Of a stretch of 64,000 nt of DNA, positions 1 through 10,653 are shown in pieces; the first letter of the stretch is position 1, and every line of letters starts with the position of its first letter. Below the pieces are notes generated by a model. That model was not told the origin of the DNA. It made no database searches and worked only from the letters and a program-made list of their open reading frames with translations. Source of the stretch: Candidatus Levyibacteriota bacterium (GTDB taxonomy: Bacteria > Patescibacteriota > Microgenomatia > Levybacterales > UBA12049). The position numbers and the translations under genes were made by a program. Where the stretch lies: assembly GCA_003152105.1 (NCBI GenBank), contig PLZJ01000002.1:469682-533681 (forward strand), read 5' to 3'.

Positions 1-5
1 TTCTA

Positions 6-245
6 ATGCAAATCGATTCCATGTGTGCAATAACTATTTTAAGCACCGGTACAACGAATCAGTGGTCTTGGGCTAGCAATGAAGATGGAATAAGTAACAA
101 TAAAATCGTGCTTTATTTATCTTCTGGAGTGCACGAATTAACGCTTGCAAGTGGAGATACAAATGTAAGTATAGATGCATTATTATTTACACAGGACAAT
201 AAATGTCGTCCAATTGGGCTTGGTGGTAACTGCACTCCACAATAA
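6..245 (+). CDS. C-terminal part of a secreted/surface protein (carbohydrate-binding-like beta domain), truncated by window edge
   Basis: Open frame from window start; ends in IDALLFTQD..C.P.G.GGNC; no start context visible. Confidence 0.55.
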   Translation: MQIDSMCAITILSTGTTNQWSWASNEDGISNNKIVLYLSSGVHELTLASGDTNVSIDALLFTQDNKCRPIGLGGNCTPQ

Positions 246-263
246 GTGCTATTCATAGATAAC

Positions 264-315
264 TTGCAAATCACACCATTTAGTTGTATAATCAAATAGT
301 TAGATAGTCTAACTA
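264..315 (+). promoter_or_regulatory. sigma70 promoter plus probable MarR operator
   Basis: TTGCAA 264-269, 17 nt spacer, TATAAT 287-292; inverted repeat TAGTTAGA-tag-TCTAACTA 297-315 just before the marR ATG. Confidence 0.7.
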
Positions 316-320
316 AATAT

Positions 321-770
321 ATGGCAAGCACAATTAACGAAACTCTCATTGATCAATTTTACTCTATATCTTCTTTAATTAAGCACAAGTCTTTGTTTTC
401 TCAAGCAGCGATGGAGTTAACATTACAGCAAATTCATGCTCTCTCTTTTATTCAAAAAAATAAAAGCGTAGCAATGCATCAAATAGCTGATTATTTCCAG
501 ATTACATTGCCTACTGCAACAATACTAGTTGATAAATTAATCGCACAAAAGTTGGTTACAAGAGTACATGATACGTCTGATAGACGTATAGTACGCATAG
601 CACTTTCTTCACACGGAGTGACATTACTGGAAAAGGCGAAAAAAATTAGGAATAAAAAAGTTAATCTTCTTTTATCTCATCTTTCGCTTTCAGAAAAAAA
701 AACCTTGCTAACTATATTTAAAATATTGCACAATAGAATGGAGGTAGAAATTGAAACAAAACAGTCATAA
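321..770 (+). CDS. MarR family transcriptional regulator
   Basis: LTLQQIHAL...TLPTATILVDKL...VTRVHDTSDRRIVRIALS winged helix with DRR motif. Confidence 0.92.
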   Translation: MASTINETLIDQFYSISSLIKHKSLFSQAAMELTLQQIHALSFIQKNKSVAMHQIADYFQITLPTATILVDKLIAQKLVTRVHDTSDRRIVRIALSSHGVTLLEKAKKIRNKKVNLLLSHLSLSEKKTLLTIFKILHNRMEVEIETKQS

Positions 771-1863
771 AATTTTAAAGCCTATTTTTATTGGGATGCT
801 ACTTGGAATAGCACTACTACTTATAGGTAGTTTTTATTTTAGTACAAGCGATAAAATTGCCACATCAAGTGTTTCTTCACATATTGTTTCGAGCGTAATA
901 TCTGCAGATGGCCAAGTACAGTCTTCAAACGAAGCAATGTTGCACTTCCAAACTGGTGGGAAGCTTATTTATTTACCTTTAAAAGAAGGAGATAAGGTAT
1001 ACACAGGTGAAACAATAGGGCAACTTGATTCAACAGCTTTGCAGGATGAGCTTACGCAGGCAGTTAATACATATAAAACTAATCAAATTGCATTTCAACA
1101 AACCCTTCAAAATCAAAATGCTGGAGTTTTGTATGGACAAACACGTACTGGACTTGATACGACAACTGGACATAATGTTTCTTATTCGAATACGACCGAA
1201 GAGACAGTTATCTATAGTGAGGTTAATAACGCAATCCAACAAGGACAATTAAATTTGCAGAGTCAATCATTAAACGTAGATTTAGCAAAATATGCCTTAT
1301 CTCTTGCATCATTAACTAGTCCAATAAATGGTATTGTCTTGCATGAAGATGTAACTATTCCTGGTGTTAATGTTACACCATCAACAACCTTTACTGTCAT
1401 TGATCCTAGTGCTCTAATTTTTAAAGCAAATGTATCACAAAACGATATAGATTTTGTGAGCGTCGGAGCTTCAGCAACTGTAAGTATTGGGGAAGGGACA
1501 AAGCAAACAATTTCAGGTACTGTTACAAAAATTTATCCTGAACTCGTCACGCTTTCAGACGGCGAGCAAGTATATCAAGTCGATATAACAAGTAATGATC
1601 TTTCACAAATTGCAAGCTATGGACAAGCGGGGAATGCAGAGATAGCAAGTAGTGCTCAAGGAAACGTATTGCTTGTTCCCTATTGGACTATTATTTCTCA
1701 TGATTATATTTGGGTAAGTGATAATGGAAAAGCAGTGCTTAAGCAAGTTGTAGTTGGGAAAGTGCATGGGGATAAAATTGAAATACTCTCTGGCTTGCTT
1801 CCTACCGATAAAATCATAGTAGATCCAAAAACACTCGCAAAATTATCATATAGAATGCTATGA
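751..1863 (+). CDS. HlyD/efflux membrane fusion (adaptor) protein
   Basis: N-terminal TM, lipoyl halves KEGDKV..GETIGQLD and LTSPINGIV, coiled hairpin, C-terminal IEILSGL. Confidence 0.88.
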   Translation: MKQNSHKILKPIFIGMLLGIALLLIGSFYFSTSDKIATSSVSSHIVSSVISADGQVQSSNEAMLHFQTGGKLIYLPLKEGDKVYTGETIGQLDSTALQDELTQAVNTYKTNQIAFQQTLQNQNAGVLYGQTRTGLDTTTGHNVSYSNTTEETVIYSEVNNAIQQGQLNLQSQSLNVDLAKYALSLASLTSPINGIVLHEDVTIPGVNVTPSTTFTVIDPSALIFKANVSQNDIDFVSVGASATVSIGEGTKQTISGTVTKIYPELVTLSDGEQVYQVDITSNDLSQIASYGQAGNAEIASSAQGNVLLVPYWTIISHDYIWVSDNGKAVLKQVVVGKVHGDKIEILSGLLPTDKIIVDPKTLAKLSYRML

Positions 1864-2498
1864 AAAAATTATTTTCAAAATTAAAAGATCCTAAAGTATA
1901 TTCAGTTGTTATTATTGTCTTTACTGCAGTTGTAATAATTATTCTTGCGTTATTCCTAGAAACCAGAGACGGGAGAGTATTTATCGATAACTCACTAATA
2001 GCTGCTCCAATTGCAACCATATCTCCAGATACTTCTGGCAAGCTTATTGAAATGGATGCATATGAAGGGGAAATGGTAAAAAAAGGAGATCCACTTGGTG
2101 TTGTTGGTACTGAAATAATAAGAGCAAATTCTGACGGTGAAGTGGTTGTGCAGCAAAATCAAATTGGCGGTATTGTTACACCGCAAACACCTCTTGTGCA
2201 AATCATAGATCCAACAATGCTTAGAGTATCTGGAACAATTGACGAGAATAAAGGTTTATCAGATATTAAAATTGGACAAGTTGCATCTTTTACTGTAGAT
2301 GCGCTTCCTGGTAAGACATTTTGGGGATATGTTGATGAGATTTCTCCAACTGCAAAACAAACTGCGCTTTCGTTTACCATTTCAACTGAAAGACCAGTAC
2401 AGCAGTTTTTAGTGTACGTAAAATTTGATGCGAATACGTATCCACAAATTAAAAATGGAATGTCTGCAAAACTAACTGTCTACACAAAAACCCATTAA
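1860..2498 (+). CDS. short HlyD/EmrA-like adaptor protein
   Basis: TM, EGEMVKKGDPL, IKIGQVASFTVDALPG, GYVDEISP, GMSA motifs; no long coiled coil. Confidence 0.85.
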   Translation: MKKLFSKLKDPKVYSVVIIVFTAVVIIILALFLETRDGRVFIDNSLIAAPIATISPDTSGKLIEMDAYEGEMVKKGDPLGVVGTEIIRANSDGEVVVQQNQIGGIVTPQTPLVQIIDPTMLRVSGTIDENKGLSDIKIGQVASFTVDALPGKTFWGYVDEISPTAKQTALSFTISTERPVQQFLVYVKFDANTYPQIKNGMSAKLTVYTKTH

Positions 2499-2501
2499 GT
2501 T

Positions 2502-4019
2502 ATGCCAAAAGGTAATAAAGCTGCGCAGGAAAATACTGGTATTTCCAGAAATCAGTGGATGATTCTATTAACACTTATGATTTCCTCATTTCTTGGAAGA
2601 CTAGATGGTTCTATTGTTAATCTTGCGTTGCCAAAAATTATTGAAACCTTTAGCATTAATGTTTCTCAAGCAAGTTGGATTGCGACTGCATATATAATTG
2701 CAAATGCAATTTTTGTTCCTGTTTTCGGAAAACTTGGCGACATGATAGGGAGAAAACCACTTTATTTAACAGGAATTATCGGATTTACGTTAACGTCAAT
2801 GCTTGCAGGACTTTCATTTAGTTTTCCATCTCTGATAGTTTTTCGAATTCTTCAAGCAATAACTGTTTCTATTGATTATCCAATTGCGCTTTCAATTATA
2901 GCTTACACTTTTGTAGGGAGGAAAAATCAGGCTATGGCAATGGGTATTTGGTCATCGGTTTTTGCCGCAGGTATTATTTTTGGTCCACTTATCGGAGGGC
3001 CGCTTATTGATAATTTTGGTTGGCGTTCAGTATTTTATGTGAATGTACCACTTGGAATACTGGGGACATTTATGGCGCTTCGATTTATTCAAGAACCGGT
3101 TAAAAAATTTATTGGACTTAAACATTTTGATTTTGAAGGTGCCATATTGCTTGGTGTATTTTTAGGAACTACAGTATTGGTACTCGATCAAGGGCAAACT
3201 TGGGGATGGACGAGTAACTATAGTGTCATTTGTTATATGGTTTCGCTTCTTTCGTTTATCGCGTTTCTTATTTTTGAAATTGTCCAAACAGAACCAATTA
3301 TTGATTTAAAATTTTTCAAAAACTTAACTTTTACCGCGTCAATAGTTACCTCTTTCATATCGTTTATGGGTTTGATTGGAGGTATCTTTTTAATTCCACT
3401 TTTTACGCAAATTTATCTTGGTTATTCAGTTACAAAAGCAGGATATGTGTTTATTCCAATGGCTGTTGGAATGATGCTTTCTGCCCAATCGAGTGCAAGA
3501 CTTTCACAAAAAATACCTGGTCGTTATTTAACAGCAATAGGAATGTTTTGGGCTTCATTTATCATGTTTTTGTTTACAGGGTTGGATATTAAGTGGGGAT
3601 TTTGGCATATTTCTTTACTATTAATGCTTTTGGCAATGGGACTTGGTGCGGGACTTCCTTCATTAACACAAGCAGCGACCGGTTCAGTGCCATTAGAGGA
3701 AGTTGGTATTGCAAGCTCAATACTTGCTTTGGCAAGAAATATTTCTGGAGCATTTGGTACTGCGATATTTGCAACTATTTTAACTAACAGTGTTTATACT
3801 AATCTTGAAAATATACAACGCTACTCTCAAATTCACACGACAAATCCAACACTTTTGGCAACCGTTACAGGACTTATGGAAGCCAAAGCAAATATTGCAG
3901 CATATGATACGGTTTTTTTCTGGGGTGCTGTCGTTACATTTATAGGTGCAATTTCTGCTCTTTTTGTAATCGATAGAAGAGGAGCGCATACTCCTCGACC
4001 AATGGTAGTTGTTGAGTAG
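2502..4019 (+). CDS. DHA2 (EmrB/QacA) MFS drug efflux transporter
   Basis: LDGSIVNLALP, GKLGDMIGRK motif A, GPLIGG, WRSVFYVNVPLG; about 14 TM. Confidence 0.92.
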   Translation: MPKGNKAAQENTGISRNQWMILLTLMISSFLGRLDGSIVNLALPKIIETFSINVSQASWIATAYIIANAIFVPVFGKLGDMIGRKPLYLTGIIGFTLTSMLAGLSFSFPSLIVFRILQAITVSIDYPIALSIIAYTFVGRKNQAMAMGIWSSVFAAGIIFGPLIGGPLIDNFGWRSVFYVNVPLGILGTFMALRFIQEPVKKFIGLKHFDFEGAILLGVFLGTTVLVLDQGQTWGWTSNYSVICYMVSLLSFIAFLIFEIVQTEPIIDLKFFKNLTFTASIVTSFISFMGLIGGIFLIPLFTQIYLGYSVTKAGYVFIPMAVGMMLSAQSSARLSQKIPGRYLTAIGMFWASFIMFLFTGLDIKWGFWHISLLLMLLAMGLGAGLPSLTQAATGSVPLEEVGIASSILALARNISGAFGTAIFATILTNSVYTNLENIQRYSQIHTTNPTLLATVTGLMEAKANIAAYDTVFFWGAVVTFIGAISALFVIDRRGAHTPRPMVVVE

Positions 4020-4257
4020 AAATCCCTCTTGATTTCGTATTTGGAAAGAGTATACTTGAGTTGAAGACCGGAATATGAAACACGTTTCGCTTCATCAACA
4101 CATAGAGAAAAAAGTAACTGCTCATAGTTTATTACATAAACCACATAAAAAACACGTATCTCATTTCCAAACTATCTGTGTTAAGTGTCTTCGAATGATT
4201 GGAGATGCTTGCTGCGACACATTTTGTGTTCCAAAGGAACCAAACTAAAATATACAC

Positions 4258-5775
4258 GTGGAATATACTACAAAATCACTAGAAGGAAAATTAATTTTAT
4301 TTGCAACAATCCTTGCTTCTGGTATGGCGTTTTTAGATGGGTCAGTAGTTACCATTGCAATACCATCAATTCAAGAAAAGTTTCATGCGACAATCACAGG
4401 TATTCAATGGGTTGTTAATGGATACTCATTACTTCTTTGCGCGCTCATTTTAATTAGCGGTGCACTTGGGGATAGGTTTGGCAGAAAACGAATTTTTTCT
4501 TATGGAATATTACTTTTTGTGCTAGCTTCATTTCTTTGTAGTATTTCTCAGTCCATTACTGAGCTTGGTTTATTTAGAGCATTTCAAGGTATTGGCGGAG
4601 CCATGATGGTGCCTGGAAGCTTGAGTATAATAAATAGTGCATTTGCGCAAAACGTACGTGGCCGGGCAATCGGATTATGGTCAGGATTTGCAGGAGGAGT
4701 TTCAGCACTTGGACCATTTGTTGGTGGATATTTAGTTCAATATTTTGGATGGCAATCTATTTTTTATATTAATATCCCTCTTGGAATACTAGCTTTTATA
4801 ATTGCAATAAAATGTATTCCAGAAACGAAAAATCATGAATCTACTAAGATAGATTTTATTGGGGCTTTGCTTATATTTCTCTCACTTTTAGGAATTGCAT
4901 ATGGATTAATTTCAGTTTCAGATTATGGATGGTCGAATCCATTAATTCTTGCAAGCATACTTTTTGGAGTGATCTCGTTTATACTTTTTCTCTATGTTGA
5001 AAAAAAAGTCAAACAGCCGCTTGTTCCATTCCATATCTTTAAGTCATCGCTTGTTAGTGGTGCAAATATTGCTACTTTATTTCTCTATTTTGCTCTTTCA
5101 GGCGTTATATTTTTTCTTGTTTTAAATTTTCAGCAAATACAACATTATTCGCCAATTTATTCAGGACTTGGACTGCTGCCAACAATTCTTCTCATAACTT
5201 TTTTATCTGGCCCTGGAGGAACTATTGCAGATAAATATGGACCACGATTTTCAATGATAGTTGGTCCACTTATTGTATCAATTGGTATGTTTCTTCTTAT
5301 ACTGCCATCCGATCATGCAAATTACTTTATCTCATTTATGCCAGGACTTGTATTGTTTGGTGTAGGTATGGCACTTGTGATTGCACCACTTACAAAATCT
5401 GCACTCGCTGTAAAAGAAAATTACTCAGGTGCAGCGTCAGGGGTAAATAATGCAGTAGCCAGAATTGCAGGCCTTTTAGCAGTTGCGCTCCTTGGCGCAA
5501 TTATTGTATTTTTATTTCAACAAAGCTTAACAAAGCAAATTACTAATTCTGCAATAAAAAGGTCAGATAAAACACAGATTATTTCTCAGGAAAATAAACT
5601 TGCCGGAATTGATTTGCCAAAGACATTTTCTAAATCTGAAGTTACTATAGCGCAAACAGCTATTAATTCATCGTTTATATATGGGTTTCGCGTTATTATG
5701 AGTATTAATGCGTTCTTAGCATTTTTAAGTGCTGTTGTCGCATTTTTTACTATTCGAAACAAAGTAAAAACTTAA
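4258..5775 (+). CDS. DHA2 MFS transporter
   Basis: LDGSVVTIAIP, GALGDRFGRK, RAFQGIGGA, WQSIFYINIPLG. Confidence 0.92.
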   Translation: MEYTTKSLEGKLILFATILASGMAFLDGSVVTIAIPSIQEKFHATITGIQWVVNGYSLLLCALILISGALGDRFGRKRIFSYGILLFVLASFLCSISQSITELGLFRAFQGIGGAMMVPGSLSIINSAFAQNVRGRAIGLWSGFAGGVSALGPFVGGYLVQYFGWQSIFYINIPLGILAFIIAIKCIPETKNHESTKIDFIGALLIFLSLLGIAYGLISVSDYGWSNPLILASILFGVISFILFLYVEKKVKQPLVPFHIFKSSLVSGANIATLFLYFALSGVIFFLVLNFQQIQHYSPIYSGLGLLPTILLITFLSGPGGTIADKYGPRFSMIVGPLIVSIGMFLLILPSDHANYFISFMPGLVLFGVGMALVIAPLTKSALAVKENYSGAASGVNNAVARIAGLLAVALLGAIIVFLFQQSLTKQITNSAIKRSDKTQIISQENKLAGIDLPKTFSKSEVTIAQTAINSSFIYGFRVIMSINAFLAFLSAVVAFFTIRNKVKT

Positions 5776-5806
5776 TATGTATATGTAATTTGTTATAATC
5801 GGATAC

Positions 5807-6217
5807 ATGTATACGGTTGCAATTTGTTGTTCCAAAAAATTTAAAAAACAGGAAAGAATTTTTGCGAGAAAGCTACGTGAATTGGGATTAAATGTATACG
5901 AAGCTCCACTTCATAATGCTGCTAAATGGGATACGCTTTCTGAATCTGATAAAGTAACGTTTGCTGCAGGTGCTACTTATAGACATTTTCATAAGATTAG
6001 CAAATCTGATGCTATATTTGTTTTAAACGAAGGCGGCTATATTGGGGTAAGTGTTAATATGGAAATAGGGTACGCAGCAGCGTTGAATAAGAAAATATTT
6101 TTCAAAGAAAATGATTCGGAATATGCACGAAAAATACTTATTGACGGATACGCAAATACTGCAAAAGTGCTAATGAAACGAATTCATTCTGTTCAGACGC
6201 CAGATATTCTTGACTAA
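5807..6217 (+). CDS. nucleoside 2-deoxyribosyltransferase-like protein
   Basis: SDAIFVLNEGGYIGVSVNMEIGYAAALNKKIF motif; leaderless TATAAT 7 nt upstream. Confidence 0.65.
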   Translation: MYTVAICCSKKFKKQERIFARKLRELGLNVYEAPLHNAAKWDTLSESDKVTFAAGATYRHFHKISKSDAIFVLNEGGYIGVSVNMEIGYAAALNKKIFFKENDSEYARKILIDGYANTAKVLMKRIHSVQTPDILD

Positions 6218-6225
6218 CATTCGGA

Positions 6226-6627
6226 TTATAATTTGTGTTCCAGTATCGTTTTTTTGGTAAAGTGTTCAAGTGGAAGCACAAGTGCCTCTTGTGGGGTAAT
6301 CCAAATATAATCTTCCGCTTCGTCATTTAATGTTACTTTTTCGTCGTTTGTTTTGACCAAATAGTTTAAAAATAACATATGGCTTTTTTTGTAGTAACTT
6401 CCATTATCAATATATTCATAAATTGCAAGAAATGTTGGGTCATAAACAGTAAGTCCTGTTTCTTCCATTGCTTCTCTTTTGAGAGCTTGCTCTATGGTTT
6501 CTCCAAGCTCAATGTGTCCACCGGGTACACAATACAGATTATTCATCTTATGTGTTTTGATTAAGATAATTTCTTTCTTTTTATTTTGTATAAAAAGACC
6601 TGCGATAGGTTCGGGAAAGTGAGACAT
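6226..6627 (-). CDS. NUDIX hydrolase
   Basis: Nudix box GGHIELGETIEQALKREAMEETGL. Confidence 0.92.
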   Translation of the reverse strand: MSHFPEPIAGLFIQNKKKEIILIKTHKMNNLYCVPGGHIELGETIEQALKREAMEETGLTVYDPTFLAIYEYIDNGSYYKKSHMLFLNYLVKTNDEKVTLNDEAEDYIWITPQEALVLPLEHFTKKTILEHKL

Positions 6628-6668
6628 TTTATAGATTATACCATCTATAAAAATATAGAGAAGATATA

Positions 6669-7082
6669 TTATGCGGAATGATTTGTTCTATCAAATAATT
6701 CAATGTCAGGAAGCACAGTAAGGTTGGTTCTAACTAGTGCTTTTTCAACGCCTGTTACATTTCTTTTGTCTTTTCTGTTTCCTGCTATAACCCTTAATGT
6801 TTCAGATTGCTCAACTGGTATAGGTGTTATAGCTGTTGGATTTTCAAGTGGTGTCTTATCTTTATGAAAATGTTCACGAAGTTTGAGTACTGTTAAGCCT
6901 CCAATAATAGGTGCTGCAGTTACGACCCCTGCAATAATTGCTCCTTCAAAATTACTTTGATATGCTTCAAGTGAAGTTATTGCTACGCCTACCCCTTCAA
7001 GTGCTCCTACCATTGCAGCGCTAAATCCTCTTTCAGATACAGGTGGTTTTACTGGTATGCCAACATGATTTTCATGGCTCAT
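6669..7082 (-). CDS. hypothetical membrane protein
   Basis: Two hydrophobic segments; TATAAT 6 nt before ATG. Confidence 0.6.
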   Translation of the reverse strand: MSHENHVGIPVKPPVSERGFSAAMVGALEGVGVAITSLEAYQSNFEGAIIAGVVTAAPIIGGLTVLKLREHFHKDKTPLENPTAITPIPVEQSETLRVIAGNRKDKRNVTGVEKALVRTNLTVLPDIELFDRTNHSA

Positions 7083-7203
7083 AGTATTGTATTATAGCAC
7101 AAAATACGATAACTGGTATATTTGTAGCCACTTTATGGCTATAAAATGAATTGGATTTAAGTCTTTTGACGATCTTGGGTTGTATGTAGATCGTAAAGTT
7201 AGG

Positions 7204-7719
7204 TTAAGGCATAAAACCTAAATCTACGAGTGTTTTGTGATTCCAATGATCGGGGTCAAGGACATTTGGTCTTCTTACCATAGCAAGCCTTTTATGATTT
7301 TGATTATGAGGCATTCTGTTAATGGGCGTTACTATTACCCTTCCAGCTTCTCGAGATGCGTGAACTACTCTAACTCCACGTTCTCCAACATGGGCAACTC
7401 CAACATGAATTTTTTTCTTATCCTTTATATCTTGAGGAACAAATCCCAGGACATCACCCGTTTGGATCGGAACATGAATTGGATCAATTGTTTGAAGCAC
7501 ATCGTCAGGATCGGTAAACCATTCTTCTGAGCGATAATAGTTTGGTACTTGTGTTCCCATAGATCTAACAACCAAAGAAGTGTAAAGCTGACAATTCATA
7601 CCTGGATCATTTTCTTTGACCGGTAGTTCTTTAGCAAGCACTGAATCAACGTCCCTTCTCGTTGGGCCAAGATGAACAGCGTATGGGATGTAGGGAATAT
7701 TTTCTTTTTTCAAAGGCAA
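7204..7719 (-). CDS. NlpC/P60-like cysteine hydrolase
   Basis: NCQLY catalytic Cys, GDVLGF, HVGV, VVHAS pattern. Confidence 0.6.
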   Translation of the reverse strand: MPLKKENIPYIPYAVHLGPTRRDVDSVLAKELPVKENDPGMNCQLYTSLVVRSMGTQVPNYYRSEEWFTDPDDVLQTIDPIHVPIQTGDVLGFVPQDIKDKKKIHVGVAHVGERGVRVVHASREAGRVIVTPINRMPHNQNHKRLAMVRRPNVLDPDHWNHKTLVDLGFMP

Positions 7720-7759
7720 TTTTTGGCGATTCTATTTATATCGTGTAGGAGAAAATTTG

Positions 7760-8131
7760 TCAATTATTTTTTACTTTTGCCTTTTTAATAAGCTTTTCTT
7801 TATGCTCTTCGAGTTTTGCTTCTGTTAAATTTTCTGCATTAATAATACTGTTTCTTGCATGTTTTGAGGTATGTATGAGTTCATCTAATTTTAGGTTTAT
7901 GGCTGCTGCATCTCTATTCTGTTTATGTTGTATTAAAAAAAGTAATAAAAATGTTATGACAGATACTCCTAAATTAAAAATAGACTGCCAAAGAGAAGAG
8001 TATTTAAAGATAACACCGCTTACAAACCAGCCAAATACAAGAAGAACCGCAAAAAAGAAGGCAAGTGGAGAACCTATTGCTTTAACTGTGTGTTTTGAGA
8101 AATGTCGAAATAACTCATGTAACGAAGACAT
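7760..8131 (-). CDS. low-affinity iron permease family protein
   Basis: GSPLAF...WQ..FN...ITFLLLFLIQHKQNRD..AINLKLDELI; start moved to the leaderless ATG at 8131. Confidence 0.85.
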   Translation of the reverse strand: MSSLHELFRHFSKHTVKAIGSPLAFFFAVLLVFGWFVSGVIFKYSSLWQSIFNLGVSVITFLLLFLIQHKQNRDAAAINLKLDELIHTSKHARNSIINAENLTEAKLEEHKEKLIKKAKVKNN

Positions 8132-8195
8132 GTAAGAAATTATAACAGAAGATTTTTTTATTGACATGTATTTAGTAGCGTTGTACACTATTTTC

Positions 8196-8807
8196 ATGTT
8201 TACCCTCCCAGAACTTCCATATGATTATGATGCATTAGCTCCTTTTATTAGCGCAGATATTCAGCACTTACATCACAGTGCACATCATGCAGCGTATGTT
8301 AAAAACTTAAATACTGCTCTTGAGAAATATCCCGAATGGAAAGATAAATCAATCGAAGAAATTATTACGTCATTAGATAAATTGCCCTCAGATATTAAAA
8401 CAACTGTACGAAATAACGGAGGAGGTCACTATAATCATTCAATGTTTTGGGAAATGATGGCACCGCATAATGGCCAGGCTCCTTCTGGTACATTACTTGA
8501 TAAAATGCAGCATAGTTTTGGGGATGTAAAAACGTTCCAAGATCAATTTAGTCAGGCTGCAGTAAAGATTTTTGGAAGTGGTTGGCAATGGCTTGTATTT
8601 GATAAAGGAGAAGTATCTATGATGAGTACTCCTAATCAAGATTCTCCTTTTAGTCAAGGTAAAATTCCGCTGCTTGGTCTTGATGTATGGGAACATGCCT
8701 ATTATCTTCAATATTATAATAAAAGACCAGATTATGTTACGGCTTGGTGGAATATTGTGAATTGGGATGATGTAGCAAAACGATTAGACAGCGCGATAAA
8801 AACATAG
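8196..8807 (+). CDS. sodA: Mn/Fe superoxide dismutase
   Basis: LPELPYDYDAL, HHSAHH, NNGGGHYNH, FGSGW, DVWEHAYY; promoter TTGACA 8161-N17-TACACT before ATG 8196. Confidence 0.95.
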   Translation: MFTLPELPYDYDALAPFISADIQHLHHSAHHAAYVKNLNTALEKYPEWKDKSIEEIITSLDKLPSDIKTTVRNNGGGHYNHSMFWEMMAPHNGQAPSGTLLDKMQHSFGDVKTFQDQFSQAAVKIFGSGWQWLVFDKGEVSMMSTPNQDSPFSQGKIPLLGLDVWEHAYYLQYYNKRPDYVTAWWNIVNWDDVAKRLDSAIKT

Positions 8808-8862
8808 TTTTTAAAGCCAAGAACTCTTGACAAGTTCATAAGTTATATGGGATAGTTAAATT

Positions 8863-9552
8863 ATGGATCAACCAACTGCTCAAGAATCAACCGTACAATC
8901 TCCACCAGTATCTACCCCTCCAGCTCAGCCTGTTTCCACGCCACCTGTAGAAACTCCTTCAAACAACTCCGGAAATACCAGCTTTACTACAAAGAAGGTA
9001 CATATTCCAAGAATACTTCTTGTGTTATTCGCATGTCTTATTTCTGGAGTTTTATTTGGAGTGGCTGGATATTTTCTTGGACTAGGTCAAAGACCAGTTT
9101 TAGTGCCTATTACTCATTTAAGACCTGTGGTGACTCCATCAACTATCCCATCGCCATCAATCTCTCCAACTCCAAGTTCGTCCCCAAGTTCCATAACTCC
9201 AGCTTCGACGACACCTGGTCAAAGTAAACCATTAACCGTTTCATCAGTAAGTCCAGCAAGCATAGGTCCCAATGCAGGACCTGCAAAACTAACAGTAACG
9301 GGAACTAACTTTTTAGTTGGTGCAGGTATTTCAGTTGTCGGTCCATATGATCTTGCAACAGGAAATGCTGCGTCGGGAAGCACACTCAGTACTATTGCCG
9401 TTGGAAATGTAGTTTTTAATTCGGCCACAGAACTGTCCGGAACATTACCTTCAGGGTTGGTAAGTGGCTATTATAAAATAGTAGTTACAAATCCAGATGG
9501 CACATCAGCATCATCGGGTCTTTCTCTCCTTGTTAGTGGATCTTCGCAATAA
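8863..9552 (+). CDS. single-pass surface protein with Pro/Ser/Thr linker and IPT/TIG-like domain
   Basis: TM, PTPS repeats, VSSVSP...LTVTGTNF...VVTNPDG. Confidence 0.75.
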   Translation: MDQPTAQESTVQSPPVSTPPAQPVSTPPVETPSNNSGNTSFTTKKVHIPRILLVLFACLISGVLFGVAGYFLGLGQRPVLVPITHLRPVVTPSTIPSPSISPTPSSSPSSITPASTTPGQSKPLTVSSVSPASIGPNAGPAKLTVTGTNFLVGAGISVVGPYDLATGNAASGSTLSTIAVGNVVFNSATELSGTLPSGLVSGYYKIVVTNPDGTSASSGLSLLVSGSSQ

Positions 9553-9577
9553 TACTAATTTTTAGTATACTTAACTC

Positions 9578-10567
9578 ATGAAATTTGATTTGCAAAAAGA
9601 TGATGCCTTTGCCGTTTTATCATCAACAAAACCTGTTGTTGAAAATCTTCATTTTGTAAGAATTCATAATGAAAAAATTGAAATGATTGCAAAACAATGT
9701 GAAGTTGAAATAAAGAAAGGATTTGGTAATGCAAATGATCATTTTGGAAACGCGAAAACGCTAGAGGATCATATGCAGTTGATTTTTCTTTTAGACTGTA
9801 TCAACTTTTGTTTTTGGGCAGAAAAAGATAAGCCAGTTTGGGAAGTTGCATTTCCGAAAAAAGAAGCACCTAACGGTGGCTGGTATGGATTAACAAAATG
9901 TTTTGCAAAAGCATTACATAATAAAATACCTTTGCTAGACGCAGCGTTTCTTTCAAAACTCACGCTGCCAAAAGCTCGTGAAATATTCGTTGGGCAAGAT
10001 AATGTCGAAATACCATTGCTTCCGGAAAGAGTAAGAAATTTAGTAGAAGCAGGAAAGGTGCTTTTGAAGAAATATGACGGAAAATTTATACGTGTTTTAG
10101 AAAAAGCTCAATATGACGTTTTAAATTTGGTACCACTATTATATAAAGACTTTTCATCATTTCGCGATTACTCGCTTTTTAATGGTGAGAAAGTATATTT
10201 TTTAAAGCGAGCGCAAATTTGCGCTCAAGATCTTTCATACCTTTCGACTATATACAAGGAATTTGAAATGAAACATTTAGATAGCGTGACTGCTTTTGCC
10301 GATTATAAAGTGCCACAAATGCTTAGATATTTTGGGGCAATTTCATATACCATTGATCTTGCAAATAAAATTGATACAAAAACGTTAATAAAAAAAGACA
10401 GTAGAGAAGAAATTGAAATAAGAGCAGCAACCATCTGGTGTGTTGAGAAAATGAGGCAAGTAAATGATGCGTATACTGCTGCGCAGCTTGATAATGCGTT
10501 ATGGCAAATATCTCAGAACAATATAGGTATTCTTCCCTATCATAGAACAAAAACGATATTTTATTAA
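9578..10567 (+). CDS. qng1: queuosine salvage protein (DUF2419, queuosine-5'-phosphate N-glycosylase)
   Basis: DCINFCFW, KRAQI, FADYKVPQ, EIEIRA, LDNALW, C-terminal HRTKTIFY. Confidence 0.88.
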   Translation: MKFDLQKDDAFAVLSSTKPVVENLHFVRIHNEKIEMIAKQCEVEIKKGFGNANDHFGNAKTLEDHMQLIFLLDCINFCFWAEKDKPVWEVAFPKKEAPNGGWYGLTKCFAKALHNKIPLLDAAFLSKLTLPKAREIFVGQDNVEIPLLPERVRNLVEAGKVLLKKYDGKFIRVLEKAQYDVLNLVPLLYKDFSSFRDYSLFNGEKVYFLKRAQICAQDLSYLSTIYKEFEMKHLDSVTAFADYKVPQMLRYFGAISYTIDLANKIDTKTLIKKDSREEIEIRAATIWCVEKMRQVNDAYTAAQLDNALWQISQNNIGILPYHRTKTIFY

Positions 10568-10653
10568 CGCCCTCCTCGAATCATAAGGATCCATAAGTTC
10601 ATAGATTCTTCTAATTGAAATAGCCATGGAATAAATGATACACTTTTGAACAT

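Noticed and set aside
4020..4257. Possible gene or RNA between the two MFS genes
   Set aside because: Only short overlapping ORFs without motifs and no convincing stems
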